A DNA stretch of 64,000 nucleotides from an uncultured delta proteobacterium (lineage in GTDB: Bacteria; Myxococcota_A; Polyangia; Polyangiales; JAFGIB01). The translations under genes were made by a program, and so were the position numbers. The notes beneath the pieces are model-generated. The model did no database searches, had not been told where the DNA came from, and saw only the letters and a list, made by a program, of their open reading frames with translations. Of this stretch, positions 46,114 to 57,499 are shown in pieces (within the stretch, counting starts at the first letter, position 1; each line of letters opens with the position of its first letter). The stretch covers positions 384,001 through 448,000 of the forward strand of contig CAVZVA010000002.1 in the NCBI GenBank assembly GCA_963778655.1, written 5' to 3'.

Positions 46114-47790
46114 TAGACTAAACGGATAGATGACGCGGAAGCGCGGCTTCTTGAAGGGTACGAACTGCGCCCCGCGGGCCGCGCGCGCGATGCACGAACC
46201 CTCCGGCGTACCGGCGAAATCCCCGCCCACGACGGCGTAGGTAACGAACCCCGTGTTGGCGACCGTCACGTCAAGCTGGGCGGTGCCGTGCATGTCGCGC
46301 GCGCACGCACGCACGGCGGCGCGGATCGGGGCCAGCGCGGCCAGCACGTCTTCGCGGCTCGGGATGTCGGGCAAGTCCGCGTGCTCGGGGCTCGGCACCA
46401 CGCGCAGCGTCGCGCTCTGCTCGCGCGCCGTGGGCTCGGCCGCTGCCGGCGGCGGCTCGTGAGAATTGTCGGGCTCGCGCGCCGTGGGCTTGGCGCTCGC
46501 GTGCGCGTGGTGCGCGTGGTGGCCCTCGGCTGCCGTGGCTTCGACAGGCGCTGTCGGCAGGCTCCGAGCTGGCGCGGGGCTCGAGCTCGGCTCGGAAGTC
46601 GACACCGGCGCAGCGCTGGGCGCAACCGCGGCCGGCGGCGCGGCCGAGCTCGGGCTCGGCACGGCCGGGGCAGCCGCAGCCGTTGCGGCCGGCTGCGGCG
46701 CGGGTCCCAGGTTGCGGGAAGGCGGGCCTGGGTAGCCGCCGCGCGTCAGAAACCAACCGCCAACGCCGATCACGAACATCGCGGCCACCAGCACCACGCC
46801 GAGCCCCGTCTGGGACGCATCGGCTGGGCGCCGGCCGCGGACTTCGGCCGGCGCCAGGCTCGAGACCGGCGCGCCTTCCCTGTGCGCGGCGCTCCCCCCC
46901 ACCGTGGCCGCCGGCTTGGCGGCGGGTGCGCGTTCGCCCGCGTCTGCGGCGCGCGCGGCGTCACCGCCGCCGGGCACTTCCGCCGGCGAGGCGCGGCGCT
47001 GCCGCTGCGCAGATCGCGGCTCGACGGTCTCCACGATTGAGGGCGCGGGCGGCGCGGGCCGCGGAACGATCCGCGCCAGCGGCACGGGCTTGGCTGCAGC
47101 CGGCGGAGGCTCGGAGTCGACCAGCTCCTCCATCGGCAGCTCCTCGATGGGAATCGAGTCGAGCTCGTCGGCGCTCGGCTCCTCGACCTGCATCGGCACC
47201 GAGACCTGCCCGTCCAGCATCTGCTGGATGGCATCGCTGATCGCGGCCAGACGCGGTGCCTCCGCGCTCGGGCCGGGCGGCGGCTCGCCAATCGCCTCGG
47301 CCAGCGGCGCCTCGGCGGGCGGCAGCTCGACCGGCGGCGGCTCGGCAGCGGCGGCCGCCACAGGCGGCATGATCGGCGGCGGCGAGCCGAGCTTGGTGGT
47401 GACTCGCCGGCGACCCGCGCTCGCAACGTCCACCTCGGAGCCGGCGGGCACCGCCACCGGGGGTGGCGTCGGGATCGAGCTCAAGTGCGGCTGGGGCTCC
47501 TCCCCTTCGAGGTAAGCTTTGGCCCCCCGCCACTTGGGCGGCGCCAGCACGGGCGCGGCCGGGCTTCCAGGGCCCGACGAAGAGGCCGGGTGCCCCACCA
47601 GAGTGCTCACGTAGCGCTTGCGCAGCTCGGCGGCATCGAGCGCATGGGCATCTCCCGCGTCGGGCGCGGGCGGCCCGGCTTCGACGCTCGGGGCGGGCGG
47701 GGCCGGAGCCGCGGCTGGAGGCGGGGGCGGTTCCGAGGCGCCGAAAGTACCGACCGGAACGCGCGATCGCCGTCCGTCCTTCTTCTCCAT
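46111..47790 (-). CDS. Pro/Ala-rich bitopic membrane protein with a C-terminal TonB_C-like (AgmX/PglI-type) domain
   Basis: Single TM LGVVLVAAMFVIGVGGWFL; C-terminus AVRAC...GDFAGTPEGSCIARAARGAQF...VIYPFSL. Confidence 0.75.
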   Translation of the reverse strand: MEKKDGRRSRVPVGTFGASEPPPPPAAAPAPPAPSVEAGPPAPDAGDAHALDAAELRKRYVSTLVGHPASSSGPGSPAAPVLAPPKWRGAKAYLEGEEPQPHLSSIPTPPPVAVPAGSEVDVASAGRRRVTTKLGSPPPIMPPVAAAAAEPPPVELPPAEAPLAEAIGEPPPGPSAEAPRLAAISDAIQQMLDGQVSVPMQVEEPSADELDSIPIEELPMEELVDSEPPPAAAKPVPLARIVPRPAPPAPSIVETVEPRSAQRQRRASPAEVPGGGDAARAADAGERAPAAKPAATVGGSAAHREGAPVSSLAPAEVRGRRPADASQTGLGVVLVAAMFVIGVGGWFLTRGGYPGPPSRNLGPAPQPAATAAAAPAVPSPSSAAPPAAVAPSAAPVSTSEPSSSPAPARSLPTAPVEATAAEGHHAHHAHASAKPTAREPDNSHEPPPAAAEPTAREQSATLRVVPSPEHADLPDIPSREDVLAALAPIRAAVRACARDMHGTAQLDVTVANTGFVTYAVVGGDFAGTPEGSCIARAARGAQFVPFKKPRFRVIYPFSL

Positions 47791-48203
47791 TCGCTCACCT
47801 GCAAGCGGGACGCTGCCCGGCTCTCCGCTGCCCGAATCGGGTCACCCGGCGCGTCGCCGCTCTTACCCCAAATGGTATCACACACTTCGGACGATATGTG
47901 AGATAATGTGAAAGATTAGCTCACTGGCGGCTCGACGTCATCCCTACCGCGTGCTCCTGGCCGGCGCTGGCAGGTGCCGGGCCCGCGGCTGCGTCGCCGC
48001 CGTCCGGATTCAACATCGCCAGGTCGCAGCACTAAGAGCCGATCTCAAAACCCTCCGCGACCGCCTTCCGGGCGGGACAGCGCCGCCCGCGGCGTTGGGC
48101 GACGCTCGAAATATCAGGAAGCATTCCACCGGTCGCGCGCCTCGCATCCAGCACCGTCGCGCTCCGAAATCCGGCCACGCCGGGTATTGAGATCGGCTCT
48201 AAG

Positions 48204-48662
48204 ATGGACGGGGGCATGTTCCAGTACATCAAGGCGGGGCGCTGCTTTGGCCCCATTTCTGCCGTGGACTTGGTCCAGCTGCTCGAGTCGGGCGTGCTGT
48301 CCGCCGACGATCTGGTGCGTGTGGAGGGCGTCACCGCGTGGAGCCCCGCGCAGCAGGTCGTCGACGACCTGCGCGCGGGTCGCCTGAGCGAGCCCGCGCT
48401 CGGTGCTGCGGGGCGCCGGCGTTCGGTCGTGCCGGTGGGCGCGCACACCGTGATGACTTCTTCGCCTCCGCTGCCCGCGAACCCGCTGCCGCGCGTCGGC
48501 GGGCGGCACTGCCGCAAGTGCGGCATCGAGATGCGTGCGGACGCCCGGTATTGCAAGCAGTGCGGCGACCCCTTGGCGCCTCCAGTCTGCGCTGCGTGCG
48601 GGCGCACCAACGATCCGGATGCCATCTACTGCGACGGCTGCGGCCAGGAGCTCGCCGACTGA
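48204..48662 (+). CDS. GYF_2 (DUF4339) plus double zinc-ribbon protein
   Basis: FGPIS..DL..LLESGVLSADDLVRVEG..AW; CRKCG, CKQCG, CAACG and CDGCG. Confidence 0.8.
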   Translation: MDGGMFQYIKAGRCFGPISAVDLVQLLESGVLSADDLVRVEGVTAWSPAQQVVDDLRAGRLSEPALGAAGRRRSVVPVGAHTVMTSSPPLPANPLPRVGGRHCRKCGIEMRADARYCKQCGDPLAPPVCAACGRTNDPDAIYCDGCGQELAD

Positions 48663-48783
48663 GGCGGCGGGCACGAACGGCTGGCCACTGCCGGCGATGG
48701 TATGCTAATCGCTTCATGGCGGCCGCGTATGGCGCGACCGCGGACCGGACCCCGGGTTCTGCAACGTAGAGGAGCGCTGTCCC

Positions 48784-49959
<1,176 letters not shown>

Positions 49960-50153
49960 TTGTCCCGAGCACGCGCAAGCGTCATCAGGTCGCGCGCTCG
50001 CGGGATCTGCGGCTCGCAGTCCTTCCCGTCTCCCGGACTTGCTGTTTCATGGCTCCCTTTGCCGGACGCGAGCTGCGGCGGCCCTGACGCCGGTGGCGCC
50101 GGCCGCGAGCCTGCGTTATACACGGCCGCGCCTGCAGCGGAGGAGCGTCGAGC

Positions 50154-51395
50154 ATGCTGCGCCTGCGTCCCTTTGCGGCCTTGAGACCGCGCCCGGAAAC
50201 GGCGGCGAGGATCGCGTGCGTCCCGTACGACGTGGTCAGCCGCAGCGAGGCGCACGACCTCGTGCAGGGAAACCCGCTCAGCTTCCTGCACGTGACGCGC
50301 GCCGAGATCGACCTGGCGCCGGCGGTCGGCGCGTACGACGAGCGGGTGTACGCCCAGGCCCAGCAGACTTTCTCGCGCTTCGTGCGCGACGGCGTGCTGG
50401 TGCGCGAGTCTCGGCCGTCGTTGTACGCCTACCGCCAGCAGGCGGTGCTCGCCGGCCGCGCGGTGAGTCAGATCGGGATCGTCGGTTGCTGTCACGTCGA
50501 CGACTACAACCAGGGGCTGATCAAGAAGCACGAGGTCACGCGCAAGGACAAAGAAGACGATCGCACGCGGCATACGCTCGCGATCGGCGCCAACGCCGGG
50601 CCGGTCTTCCTGGCGCACGAGCCGAGCAGCGCTATTGCGGTGCTGTGCCAGCGCGCCACCGGCGCGCAGCCGTTGTTCGACTTCAGCGCCGAGGACGGCG
50701 TGCGGCACACGGTGTGGAAGCTCCCGGAGGCGGAGCCGGTGGTGCGGGCCTTCGCCGCGCTCCCGTGCGCCTATGTGGCCGACGGGCATCACCGCAGCGC
50801 CTCGGCTGCGCGCGCGTGCGCCGAGCTGCGGCGCCGCAGCCCAAGCCAGACCGGCGAGCAGGAGCACGACTGGTTTCTGTGCGTGCTCTTCGCTGCCGAT
50901 CAGCTCAACGTGCTGCCGTACCATCGACTGGTGCGCGACCTGGGCGGGCAGACGCCCGAAGCGCTGCTGGCCGGGCTGCGCGAAATCGCCGAGGTCGCGC
51001 TCTGCACCCAGCCGGCACCCGAGCAGCCCGGCAGCTTCGGGCTTTATCTGCAAGGACGCTGGTACCGGGTGACGCTCCCGAGCGCACGGATCGACGCCGG
51101 CGATCCGGTGCGCTCGCTCGACTACGTGCTGCTCAGCGAGCACGTGCTGGGACCGCTGCTCGGCATCGAGGACTTGCGCACGGACAAGCGGGTGGACTTC
51201 GTGGGCGGGATCCGCGGCACAGGCGAGCTCGAGCGCCGGGTCGACTCCGGCGAGCATGCGCTGGCTTTCGCGATGCGCGCCACCAGCGTGCAGCAGCTGA
51301 TGCGCGTGGCGGACGCCGGCATGATCATGCCGCCCAAGAGCACCTGGTTCGAGCCCAAGCTGCGCTCGGGTCTGCTGATCCACACCTTGGACTGA
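50154..51395 (+). CDS. DUF1015 family protein
   Basis: PYDVV, NPLSFLHV, IKKHEVTR, YVADGHHRSA and MPPKSTWFEPKLRSGL. Confidence 0.9.
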   Translation: MLRLRPFAALRPRPETAARIACVPYDVVSRSEAHDLVQGNPLSFLHVTRAEIDLAPAVGAYDERVYAQAQQTFSRFVRDGVLVRESRPSLYAYRQQAVLAGRAVSQIGIVGCCHVDDYNQGLIKKHEVTRKDKEDDRTRHTLAIGANAGPVFLAHEPSSAIAVLCQRATGAQPLFDFSAEDGVRHTVWKLPEAEPVVRAFAALPCAYVADGHHRSASAARACAELRRRSPSQTGEQEHDWFLCVLFAADQLNVLPYHRLVRDLGGQTPEALLAGLREIAEVALCTQPAPEQPGSFGLYLQGRWYRVTLPSARIDAGDPVRSLDYVLLSEHVLGPLLGIEDLRTDKRVDFVGGIRGTGELERRVDSGEHALAFAMRATSVQQLMRVADAGMIMPPKSTWFEPKLRSGLLIHTLD

Positions 51396-51620
51396 CCGGA
51401 TCTCCGGCTCGGCAAGTGCGGCACCGGCTTCGGTTGGTTCGCTGTGCGCTGGCTCACAGCGAAGGGCAGCGAGGGTGGCGCGAGCTCGGACGCGTTGCCG
51501 GTGTGCCGAACTGTGCCAAGTCGGCCAGCATGCGAGACCTCGGCGACGGGTTTGTGAGACACTTGCGGCGAGGGGAGGGGCGAAACCTGCATGGAACGCT
51601 TCTTGCTGCATGTCCGCGAC

Positions 51621-53360
51621 ATGCACACGCGATGGATTGGGGGCTTGGTGCTGGCGCTGGGCGTGGCCGGCTTGGGGGGCTGCAGCGGCAAGAGCAGCAA
51701 CGATGCCCGCGGTGGCGCTACCACGGGCGCGCCGGGCGCCATCCCGAGCGGCGACTTCGGCGGCGCGGGCAGCGGCAACTTCGGCTCCAACGGCACGGAC
51801 TTTTCGCCCGGTGGCCTGGGTACCGGCGGCACGAGCGCGGCCGGCGGCGGCATGACCGCGCCGAAGCTGCCGCCGGAGATGCAGGTGAAGCTGGACTTCG
51901 AGCAGCCGCAGGCCTCGGAGCGCTTCGTGTACACGGCCAACCCCAAGGGCGGCACAGTGTCGATCATCGACGCCACCAACACCTCGATCCAGACGGTGGA
52001 GACCGGCGACCGGCCGACGTTTCTGCGCACGCTGGCCGGAACCGACGACGCGATCGTGCTCAACGTGGGCTCCGACGACGCGACCATCCTGCGCTCGCCG
52101 GCCACGGGCGTGACCACCGATTCGGTGCCGGTGGTGCGCGGCGCCAACGCGATCGCGGTGGCGCCCGACGGCAAGCACGCGGTGGTGTACTTCGACGCAG
52201 CCTACAGCACGGCCGGCAACCCGTCGGGCAGCTTCCAGGACGTGACGGTGGTCAGCCTGGCCGCGGGCAACGACAGCGCGACCGGCATGACCGTGGGCTT
52301 CAGCCCGCGCGATGTGGCCTTTGCCGCCGACGGCAGCGCGGCCTACGTCGTGACCGACGACGGCATCTCGGTGCTCGACTTCGCGCGCATCGAAAAAGAG
52401 GGCACAGGCATCGCCAGGCTGGTCTCGCTCGGTCCCAGCGTGGACCAGAAGGGCATTCAGGTCGCGGTCACGCCCGACGGCAAGTACGCGCTCACGCGCG
52501 AGCCGGGCAAGAGCGTGGTGCGTGAGGTGGACCTCGAGAGCGGCGACCTCAGCAGCGTCGACCTGGCCGATGTGCTGCCGCAAGACCAGAGCGGCGACGA
52601 CGCCGGGGTGCCCCCAGGGCCGCCGGACGTGAGCGACCTGGCGCTGGCGCCCAACGGCGCGTTCGCGCTGGCGGTGGTGCGCAGCCACAGCCTGGTGCTG
52701 CAGATCCCGGTGCCGGACGGCTTCGCCAAGCCGGGCTTGATCAAGAGCTACAGCGTCAAAGACGAGCTGGTCGGCTCGGCCACCATCTCGCCCCAGGCCG
52801 ACCGCGCGCTGCTCTACACCACCGCGGTCGACGTCGAGCGCATCACCATCCTGACGCTGGACGACAAGACGCCGCCCAAGACGGTGGCGTTGCGCAAGAC
52901 GGTGCAGGCGGTCGCGATCGCGCCCGACGGCCAGACCGCGCTGATCGTGCACAAGAAGGCGGCCGGAGATCCGAATCAGGCCGGCCTCGACCCCAGCGTG
53001 CAGCTGGCGCGCTCGTACGGCTACAGCGTGCTGCGCATTCCCAGCGGCGACGTCAAGCTGCAGGTGACCGCGACCGCGCCGGGCGCGTTCAGCATCGTGC
53101 CCGACGGCAGCTACCTGTTCCTGCTCTTCCGCGACGACGCGACCAACACGCGCGAGGTGCAGAAGATTGAGAGCAAGAGCTTCCTGGTGCAACCGATCGA
53201 GCTCGGCAGCCCGCCGATCTCCATCGGCTCGGTGCCGCAGAGCAAGCGCATGTTCGTCAACCAGGACCACCCCGATGGACGCATCACGTTCATCGACTGG
53301 GTCAGCAACGAAACCCGAACCGTCACCGGCTTCGAGCTCAACAGCAGAATCCAGGACTAA
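51621..53360 (+). CDS. Beta-propeller (YVTN/YncE-like) lipoprotein
   Basis: Lipobox GLGGC; VYTANPKGGTVSIID; repeated PDGK/PDGS blades. Alternative start is 51591. Confidence 0.8.
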   Translation: MHTRWIGGLVLALGVAGLGGCSGKSSNDARGGATTGAPGAIPSGDFGGAGSGNFGSNGTDFSPGGLGTGGTSAAGGGMTAPKLPPEMQVKLDFEQPQASERFVYTANPKGGTVSIIDATNTSIQTVETGDRPTFLRTLAGTDDAIVLNVGSDDATILRSPATGVTTDSVPVVRGANAIAVAPDGKHAVVYFDAAYSTAGNPSGSFQDVTVVSLAAGNDSATGMTVGFSPRDVAFAADGSAAYVVTDDGISVLDFARIEKEGTGIARLVSLGPSVDQKGIQVAVTPDGKYALTREPGKSVVREVDLESGDLSSVDLADVLPQDQSGDDAGVPPGPPDVSDLALAPNGAFALAVVRSHSLVLQIPVPDGFAKPGLIKSYSVKDELVGSATISPQADRALLYTTAVDVERITILTLDDKTPPKTVALRKTVQAVAIAPDGQTALIVHKKAAGDPNQAGLDPSVQLARSYGYSVLRIPSGDVKLQVTATAPGAFSIVPDGSYLFLLFRDDATNTREVQKIESKSFLVQPIELGSPPISIGSVPQSKRMFVNQDHPDGRITFIDWVSNETRTVTGFELNSRIQD

Positions 53361-53362
53361 CC

Positions 53363-54970
53363 ATGAAAAGACCGACCTCGCTGGGATGGCTCCTCGTCGC
53401 CCTCGGCGCGAGCGCGTTGCTCGCGGGCTGCGGAGGCCGTAACGCGGACCTCGACAAGCCGCTCTCGCTGCTGGACACCCCGCTCGCGCTGGACGACCAG
53501 CTGGTGCTGGTCGACACCGAGGGGCACCGCGCCTTCATGCTCGATGTGACGGCTGCGCATCCCGACCCCACACCGGGCGAGGTCGCGCTGCCGGTGGCGC
53601 CGGCCGCGGTCTTCCGCCGCAACGGCGACAGCAACGAGGGCCTGATCCTGTGCATGGGCCGGCGCGCCAGCGGCAGCGAGGACGCGGCTCCGGCCGTGTT
53701 GGTCGCGCTTTCGAGCAAGGGCAAGACGCGCGAGTACACGCTCGGCAACCCGTTCGATTCGCTGGTCCAGAGCGACGACGGACGCTACGCGTTCCTGTTC
53801 AAGAGCGGCAACGCCGAGCGCCTGCTGGACAACCAGAACGAGGTCGCGATCGTCGACCTGAGCAAGCAGCCCAAGGACAAGGATGCGGTCACGCTGCGCA
53901 CGCTGCGCAGCTACGGCGATTCGCCGCAATCGGTCGTGTTCTCGCCCAGCATGAGCATCCTGGGCGAGCAGCGCCGCTTGGCGGTGGTGCTGTCGCAGAC
54001 CAAGGTGACGTTGATCGACCTCGACCACCTCGACCGACAAGAGACCACGGTGCAGCTCTCCGACGCCACCGGCGGAAGCCAGGTGCAGCCCGCCCAGGTC
54101 GAGTTCAACGCGAGCGCGTCCACACCGGAGATCTACGTGCGCGGCACGGGCTCGAGCGACGTGTTCGTGTTCGCGCTCAACGAGCGGCCCGGCGGCGTGC
54201 AGGCGCCGGGCGAGAGCGACCTGCACAACGACTTCCGGCCCTCGATCGACCAGCTGGGCGTCGGCGGCCACCCGAGCGACATGGCGATCTACGGCAGCGA
54301 CGCCGATGCGCGCCTGCTCGTCCTGGCAGCCGATACGCAGCAAGCGGCGCTGGTGGACGTCTCGACCAGTCAGGTGACGAGCGTGGAGCTGCCAGCGGCC
54401 GCGACCAATGTGCTGCTGTTCGACGCGCCGTCGCCGCGCGACGATCAGAGCGCGCAGCGCGCGCTGCTGTACGCGCCCGGCGGGACCCAGCTCACCTTCC
54501 TCGATCTCGCCGATCTGGAGCAGCGGGGCAGCCGCAACGTCGAAGTGGTCTCGCTCGATCGCCCGATCTCCAAGCTGATCCCGCTGCTGGACGAAAAGAA
54601 GGTGTTGGTGATCCACGACGCGGACGGGGTCAGCCTGGTGGACCTGGCGGCACGCACGGTCTCGCCGATCAAGGCCAACGTGGTGCTGTCGGACGCGGCC
54701 TTCGACGCGAGCCGCCACAAGCTGTGGGTGGGGCCAAGCGGCCAGCCCTACGTCGGCGTGCTGGACCTGCAGACCGGCGACACGCCCGAGGTGCTGCTCG
54801 ACCACGGCGTGAAGACACTGGTGCCGATGTTCTCGCGCGGGAAGGTGGTGGTGCTGCACGACAGCACGGTGGGCGAGCTGACCGTGCTCGATGCGGCAAA
54901 GCCCTCGCGCGATACCGCGAAGACGATCCGAGGATTTCTGGTGGCCGGCCTGCTCGATCGAGGTCAGTGA
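53363..54970 (+). CDS. Beta-propeller lipoprotein
   Basis: Lipobox LLAGC; SDDGRYA and VxLxDL blade repeats; starts 2 bp after the previous gene. Confidence 0.78.
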   Translation: MKRPTSLGWLLVALGASALLAGCGGRNADLDKPLSLLDTPLALDDQLVLVDTEGHRAFMLDVTAAHPDPTPGEVALPVAPAAVFRRNGDSNEGLILCMGRRASGSEDAAPAVLVALSSKGKTREYTLGNPFDSLVQSDDGRYAFLFKSGNAERLLDNQNEVAIVDLSKQPKDKDAVTLRTLRSYGDSPQSVVFSPSMSILGEQRRLAVVLSQTKVTLIDLDHLDRQETTVQLSDATGGSQVQPAQVEFNASASTPEIYVRGTGSSDVFVFALNERPGGVQAPGESDLHNDFRPSIDQLGVGGHPSDMAIYGSDADARLLVLAADTQQAALVDVSTSQVTSVELPAAATNVLLFDAPSPRDDQSAQRALLYAPGGTQLTFLDLADLEQRGSRNVEVVSLDRPISKLIPLLDEKKVLVIHDADGVSLVDLAARTVSPIKANVVLSDAAFDASRHKLWVGPSGQPYVGVLDLQTGDTPEVLLDHGVKTLVPMFSRGKVVVLHDSTVGELTVLDAAKPSRDTAKTIRGFLVAGLLDRGQ

Positions 54971-56154
54971 TGCGCGCGATCACCCTTGCCCTTTCCCTGC
55001 TTCTGCTGGCCGGTGCGGCACGCGCGCTCGCGCAGCCCAAACCGGCGCCGAACCCCTACGCCCCCGCCGTGCCGGAGACCAATCCCTACGCCGCCGGCGT
55101 TCCGAAGTCCGCGACGCCTGGGCCCGGGGCGGCGGCGGCCGCGCAGCCCCCGCCACCCGCGGCGGCCGAGGGCGCTGCAGCGCCGGCGGCGGCCGCAGCT
55201 GCAACGAGCCAGCCCGCGGCAGCCGCGCCGGCGGCGGCGCCGGCCGCAGCGGCAACGAGCCAGCCCGCCGCCGCGGCAGCCGCGCCGGTTGCGGCGACCG
55301 CGCCGGCCAGCGGCGCCGAGGCGGCAAGCACCGCGCCCGTAGCAGCCGGGGCGGCGGCGCCGGCCGCGGCACCGGCGGCGGCACCGGCGCCGAGTGACGC
55401 ATCCAGAGCCGATGCCTTGCGCATCGCGCGCGAGCGCGCCGAGCTGCGTGCCCTGCTGGCGCGCCAGCACGCGCAGGCGAGCACAGACGAGCCCGAACCC
55501 GCGCCCGTGCGCCGCCGCAGCGACGCCGGCGCGGCCAACGCGATCGGCGCGAGCTTCGACGCCCCCTGGTACGTCAAGCCGAGCTACGATCTGTTCTCCG
55601 ACAAGGACGTGGCGAGCCGCTTTGGCGTCTGGGCCGCGCGCGACGTGGCCGCGTTGCGCTCCGATACGTTCCTGGCAATCGAGCTCGGCTGGGGCACGGA
55701 GCACGAGAAGAGCGGCGGCCTGCGTGCCGACACCCTGGGCAGCGAGCTGACGACGCACGCGTTCTACGGCGGAGCGCAAGTGCGCTTCGTGCCTCTGTCA
55801 TGGCTGCAACCGCACGTGCGGCTGGCGGGCGGCGCCGAGCTGGTCAGCATGTCGCTGTCCAGCTCGACTCCAGCCACCACCTTCAAGGACCACGGCTGGT
55901 CCCCGTTCGCGAGCCTCGGTCTGGGCTTCACCCTGCGCACGCCCACCCGCCTGTTCGAGGACCGGGGCGGGCACATGGCCTCGCTCTCGCTTGGTCTCAT
56001 GCTCGAAGGCGGCTACACGCTGGCGGGGCCGCTCGACTTCGCGCTGAAGGGGCCGGCGCCGGACAAGCGCGGGATCCCGATCGCGGAGCCGCAGCTCGGC
56101 ACGCTGCAGCGATCCGGGCCCTACGCGCGCGCCTCAGTGGTCTGCCGCTTTTAG
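54970..56154 (+). CDS. Exported protein with an Ala/Pro-rich linker and a small outer-membrane beta-barrel
   Basis: TGATG overlap; signal MRAITLALSLLLLAGAARALA; C-terminal strand GPYARASVVCRF. Confidence 0.75.
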   Translation: MRAITLALSLLLLAGAARALAQPKPAPNPYAPAVPETNPYAAGVPKSATPGPGAAAAAQPPPPAAAEGAAAPAAAAAATSQPAAAAPAAAPAAAATSQPAAAAAAPVAATAPASGAEAASTAPVAAGAAAPAAAPAAAPAPSDASRADALRIARERAELRALLARQHAQASTDEPEPAPVRRRSDAGAANAIGASFDAPWYVKPSYDLFSDKDVASRFGVWAARDVAALRSDTFLAIELGWGTEHEKSGGLRADTLGSELTTHAFYGGAQVRFVPLSWLQPHVRLAGGAELVSMSLSSSTPATTFKDHGWSPFASLGLGFTLRTPTRLFEDRGGHMASLSLGLMLEGGYTLAGPLDFALKGPAPDKRGIPIAEPQLGTLQRSGPYARASVVCRF

Positions 56155-56703
56155 CGGCCGCGCGTGCCGCTGGCGCTGCACCTGCCGCTCCCGGCGCACG
56201 GCGTCGTCGTGCAGCAAGAACCACCAGATGCCGAGCGGAGCGCGCAGCACGAACATCAGCGCATCGCCCGGAACGGAGTCGAAGCGGTGCTGCCACTCGA
56301 CGCCGACAATCGTGTATCCAAGCGTGAGGTGGGTCATGAAGTCGTCGCCGCGCACGCGGTCGAACCCCCCCTGCAGCCAGAGCCCGCCGAAGTGATTCAC
56401 CTCGAGCTCGCCGCCGAAGCCGGCGCGCGCCAGCGCGCCCAGCTCGCCGCTGAGCCCGATGTTCACGATGAGGGGCTCGTACGCGTACAGCACCCCTACC
56501 CTGGCCCGCCCGAGCACCGGCGTGGCCAGGCGGTGATCGAGCCCGAATCCCGCGCCGAAGCCGAGCGCGAGATCGGGCCATACGCCCTTCACCCGCAGCT
56601 CCTCGGCGAAGACCTGCGCCGCGCACGGCGACGGACGCGCGGCGCACAGCGCGAACAGCGCCGTCAGGCACGCGAGCAGCGCTGCGGCTCGATCAAGGCG
56701 CAA
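56134..56703 (-). CDS. Exported hypothetical beta-rich protein
   Basis: Signal-like N-terminus; overlaps the upstream gene's stop. Confidence 0.6.
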   Translation of the reverse strand: MRLDRAAALLACLTALFALCAARPSPCAAQVFAEELRVKGVWPDLALGFGAGFGLDHRLATPVLGRARVGVLYAYEPLIVNIGLSGELGALARAGFGGELEVNHFGGLWLQGGFDRVRGDDFMTHLTLGYTIVGVEWQHRFDSVPGDALMFVLRAPLGIWWFLLHDDAVRRERQVQRQRHARPLKAADH

Positions 56704-57172
56704 CGCTGGCGCTCCGCGGGGCAGAGGTCGGACCGCCCGTGCGTAGCAGCAGCGTGAGCGAGCGCGCTTGGGCGATCGGTCCGAGCTGAGCCACGCTCAT
56801 CGCGGCCGAGAGGCAGGTTTGGAAGGTCGTGCCGCCTTGAGCCGTTGGCTGGAGGCGCCCGCCCTGCACGCCGAAATCGAGCGTCAGACCGGCGTGTAGG
56901 CCGCTCCGCATGCTAGCGCCGTGATCGGCCGCGCTACAGCGCAGCAAGGCATGGTGCAACGCCGAGGTTACCGGCTGCACCAAGCTGTCTTCGAGCTCCG
57001 CCGGCCGCGCCGACAGCGCGATCTCCACCGCGGGCAGCTCGGCGCTCCCCTCGAGCAGCACCCCCACCGGCGCCTCGCTGTCGTCCGTCGAACCAACGCT
57101 GCTGTGGCATGCGCCCGCGAAGACGCACGCCAACAGCAGCTGAGCGCACGCGACTGCGCGCGCGGCGATCAT
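56693..57172 (-). CDS. Hypothetical lipoprotein
   Basis: Lipobox FAGAC; Cys pair (LRC...TCL). Confidence 0.55.
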   Translation of the reverse strand: MIAARAVACAQLLLACVFAGACHSSVGSTDDSEAPVGVLLEGSAELPAVEIALSARPAELEDSLVQPVTSALHHALLRCSAADHGASMRSGLHAGLTLDFGVQGGRLQPTAQGGTTFQTCLSAAMSVAQLGPIAQARSLTLLLRTGGPTSAPRSASVAP

Positions 57173-57194
57173 GAGTGTGGACAACGCGCGCCGA

Positions 57195-57401
57195 TCACGG
57201 TGCGTCGGCGCTGCCGCACTGCGAGACGCCCGCCGGTGTGATCTTGCAAACGTAGACCTTGCGCAGAAGCCCGAACAGGAAGTTGTCGTTGCGCGCAATC
57301 ACCACAGCGTCGCCCGCAGTGGCCACGCCACCGTAGCTGCACGCGCTCATTCCAAGACCTAGAGCCGTGGCCAGAAGCAATGCCTTCAGTGCGTTGTGCA
57401 T
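57195..57401 (-). CDS. Small lipoprotein (68 aa)
   Basis: RBS GAGGA; MHNALKALLLATALGLGMSAC; Cys pair. Confidence 0.75.
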   Translation of the reverse strand: MHNALKALLLATALGLGMSACSYGGVATAGDAVVIARNDNFLFGLLRKVYVCKITPAGVSQCGSADAP

Positions 57402-57499
57402 GGATTCCTCTCGATCGAAGTTAACTACAGACGGCGTGGCCGGCACTGTATGTTGCCGGCCGCGAGCCGGTCAAGGTATGGGCCCAGGGGTTCCCGATT

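Noticed and set aside
45228..46129. Short repeated ORFs inside array B
   Set aside because: Products of the tandem repeat in several frames, broken by the 1-bp indel, with no RBS or domain.
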